Below, one piece after another: positions 61,591-64,000 of a stretch of 64,000 nucleotides of DNA (within the stretch, counting starts at the first letter, position 1; each line of letters starts with the position of its first letter). Source of the stretch: Macrostomum lignano (lineage: Eukaryota); assembly GCA_002269645.1 (NCBI GenBank), contig NIVC01001600.1:124001-188000 (forward strand). The letters run 5' to 3'. A program made the translations under genes and the position numbers. A model generated the notes under the pieces. It worked only from the letters and a program-made list of their open reading frames with translations, made no database searches and was not told the origin of the DNA.

Positions 61591-61652
61591 AAAGCAACTA
61601 AAAAATCAGTCCAAGCGGTTCGCAACCCACAGAAAGTCGCAGAATAGGTCAA

Positions 61653-62024
61653 TCAACGATCCAATCCAGCCTGCTTCTGCTGCTGCTGCTGTTGCGCAGC
61701 GAACAGCTGTTTAACCAAGCGCAATTTTCGATCGGCGTCCTCAGCAGTTGCAGAATTGGCGAAGGCGCCAAATGCCGACTCGGCCTGGCGCAGGCAGAAG
61801 CTGGCGGCCAGCGGGTTGGCGCCGCTCAGCAGGCGCAGCGCCGCCTCGTGCGCCGCCAGCCAACGTCGGGGATCGGCGCCGATTCTGAGAGACACATCCC
61901 GAGCCGAGCGCAAATCCGACTGATAAGCGGTGAGCAGCCGGCGGCAGGCCCGGTTGCCGGGCTGTTGCTGGGCGATGGCCGTACGAGCAGAGAGCAGCCA
62001 GTCCAGGCCGATTAGACACCAAGC
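61653..62024 (-). CDS. SREBP: Terminal exon of a sterol regulatory element-binding protein (C-terminal regulatory domain); upstream exons not identified within the window
   Basis: Polypyrimidine tract plus CTCAG acceptor at 62025, phase 0. Translation AWCLIGLDWLLSARTAIAQQQ...LTAYQSDLRSAR...RRWLAAHEAALRLLSGANP aligns with human SREBP1 as recalled ([21 protein letters not shown]...LRGFQRDLSSLR...RRVFLHEATARLMAGASP). Stop is TGA. Confidence 0.8.
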   Translation of the reverse strand, partial: AWCLIGLDWLLSARTAIAQQQPGNRACRRLLTAYQSDLRSARDVSLRIGADPRRWLAAHEAALRLLSGANPLAASFCLRQAESAFGAFANSATAEDADRKLRLVKQLFAAQQQQQQKQAGLDR

Positions 62025-62059
62025 CTGAGCGCGGGAGATTGGGAAGAAAGTAAGGAGAA

Positions 62060-63790
62060 TGAAGGAATCTGGGGTTTGGGGATTTCTTGCCGATCTGGGA
62101 TTTGGGGATTTCTTGTGGATCTGGGATTTGGGATTTCTTGTGGATCTGGGGTTTGGGGATTTCTGTGAAGGATCTGGGATTTGGGGATTTCTTGTGGATC
62201 TGGGATTTCTTGTAGATTATCTTGTGGATCTGGGATTTGGGGATTTCTTGTGGATATGGGATTTCTTGTAGATTATCTTGTGGATCAGGGATTTGGGGAT
62301 TTCTGTGAAGGATCTGGGATTTGGGGATTTCTTGTGGATCTGGGATTTCTTGTAGATTATCTTGTGGATCTGGGATTTGGGGATTTCTGTGAAGGATCTG
62401 GGATTTGGGGATTTCTTGTGGATCTGGGATTTCTTGTAGATTATCTTGTGGATCTGGGATTTGGGGATTTCTTGTGGATCTGGGATTTGGGGATGTCTTG
62501 TGGATCTGGGATTTGGAGATTTCTTGTGGATCTGGGATTTGGAGATTTCTTGTGGATCTGGGATTTGGAGATTTCTTGTGGATCTGGGATTTGGAGATTT
62601 CTTGTGGATCTGGGATTTGGGATTTCTTGTGGATCTGGGATTTGGAGATTTCTTGTGGATCTGGGATTTGGGGATTTCTTGTGGATCTGGGATTTCTTGT
62701 AGATTATCTTGTGGATCTGGGATTTGGGGATTTCTTGTGGATCTGGGATTTGGGGATGTCTTGTGGATCTGGGATTTGGAGATTTCTTGTGGATCTGGGA
62801 TTTGGGGATTTCTTGTGGATATGGGATTTCTTGTAGATTATCTTGTGGATCTAGGATTTGGGGATTTCTTGTGGATATGGGATTTCTTGTAGATTATCTT
62901 GTGGATCTAGGATTTGGGGATTTCTTGTGGATCTGGGATTTCTTGTAGATTATCTTGTGGATCTGGGATTTGGGGATTTCTTGTGGATCTGGGATTTGGG
63001 GATGTCTTGTGGATCTGGGATTTGGAGATTTCTTGTGGATCTGGGATTTGGAGATTTCTTGTGGATCTGGGATTTGGAGATTTCTTGTGGATCTGGGATT
63101 TGGAGATTTCTTGTGGATCTGGGATTTGGGGATTTCTTGTGGATCTGGGATTTGGAGATTTCTTGTGGATCTGGGATTTGGGGATTTCTTGTGGATCTGG
63201 GATTTGGGGATTTCTTGTGGATCTGGGATTTCTTGTAGATTATCTTGTGGATCTGGGATTTGGGGATTTCTTGTGGATCTGGGATTTGGGGATGTCTTGT
63301 GGATCTGGGATTTGGAGATTTCTTGTGGATCTGGGATTTGGAGATTTCTTGTGGATCTGGGATTTGGAGATTTCTTGTGGATCTGGGATTTGGAGATTTC
63401 TTGTGGATCTGGGATTTGGAGATTTCTTGTGGATCTGGGATTTGGGGATTTTTTGTGGATCTGGGATTTGGAGATTTCTTGTGGATCTGGGATTTGGAGA
63501 TTTCTTGTAGATCTGGGATTTGGGGATTTTTTGTGGATCTGGGATTTGGAGATTTCTTGTGGATCTGGGATTTGGAGATTTCTTGTGGATCTGGGATTTG
63601 GAGATTTCTTGTGGATCTGGGATTTGGGATTTCTTGTGGATCTGGGATTTGGAGATTTCTTGTGGATCTGGGATTTGGAGATTTCTTGTGGATCTGGGAT
63701 TTGGAGATTTCTTGTGGATCTGGGATTTGGAGATTTCCTGTGGATCTGGGATTTGGAGATTTCTTGTGGATCTGGGATTTGGAGACATCT
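62060..63790. repeat. 26-bp satellite GATCTGGGATTTGG(A/G)GATTTCTTGTG in the SREBP last intron
   Basis: Tandem array; gives the WIWDL/GSGIW pseudo-ORFs. Confidence 0.97.
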
Positions 63791-64000
63791 GAAGGATCTA
63801 GATTTTAGGGACTTTTGGAGAATATGGGATTTGGGGATTTCTTGTGAATGTGGGATTTGGATTTTTCAGGGATCTGGGATTTGTAGGGATTTTTGAAGGA
63901 TCTGGGATTCGGCATGTTTAAATCCAAGGAATAATAAACTTTTACGATGCAAAGTTATTTTAGAAAGCACAAACTAAATACCACACTACTACTAAGCAGA

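Overview
This is a eukaryotic (animal) window with GC-rich spliced exons set in AT-rich DNA; about 25 kb (~40%) consists of roughly 28 unrelated tandem-repeat arrays. I can reconstruct four host genes with GT-AG introns: (1) ARNT/tango bHLH-PAS factor (+, 5 coding exons, 6496-11914, 614 aa); (2) a strongly diverged eRF1 release-factor paralog (+, 4 exons, 13943-18303, ~468 aa) with substitutions at stop-codon-recognition positions, including Ala at human Ser70, and a pair of compensating frameshifts across the conserved GLVLAGSA segment; (3) a posterior Hox gene with the lophotrochozoan Post2 homeodomain (+, 4 exons, ~52907-58150), with no other Hox gene in the window; (4) the last exon of an SREBP gene (-, 61653-62024). 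Mobile elements are a complete CACTA/EnSpm transposon (31045-36017; TIRs, TA duplication, open transposase, small CIDE-N-like ORF), a 3'-truncated Gypsy element with LTR, tRNA-iMet PBS and a GGGAAAC slippery site plus pseudoknot, a tRNA-derived SINE with 14-bp TSD, hAT- and Harbinger-like MITEs, a LINE fragment and a probable Helitron carrying a TTAGGG tract. Post2, TTAGGG, the repeat load and the LINE style suggest a flatworm such as Macrostomum; this is inference, not established. Most long ORFs in the supplied track are translation artefacts of the repeats. All family assignments come from remembered consensus sequences, not database searches.
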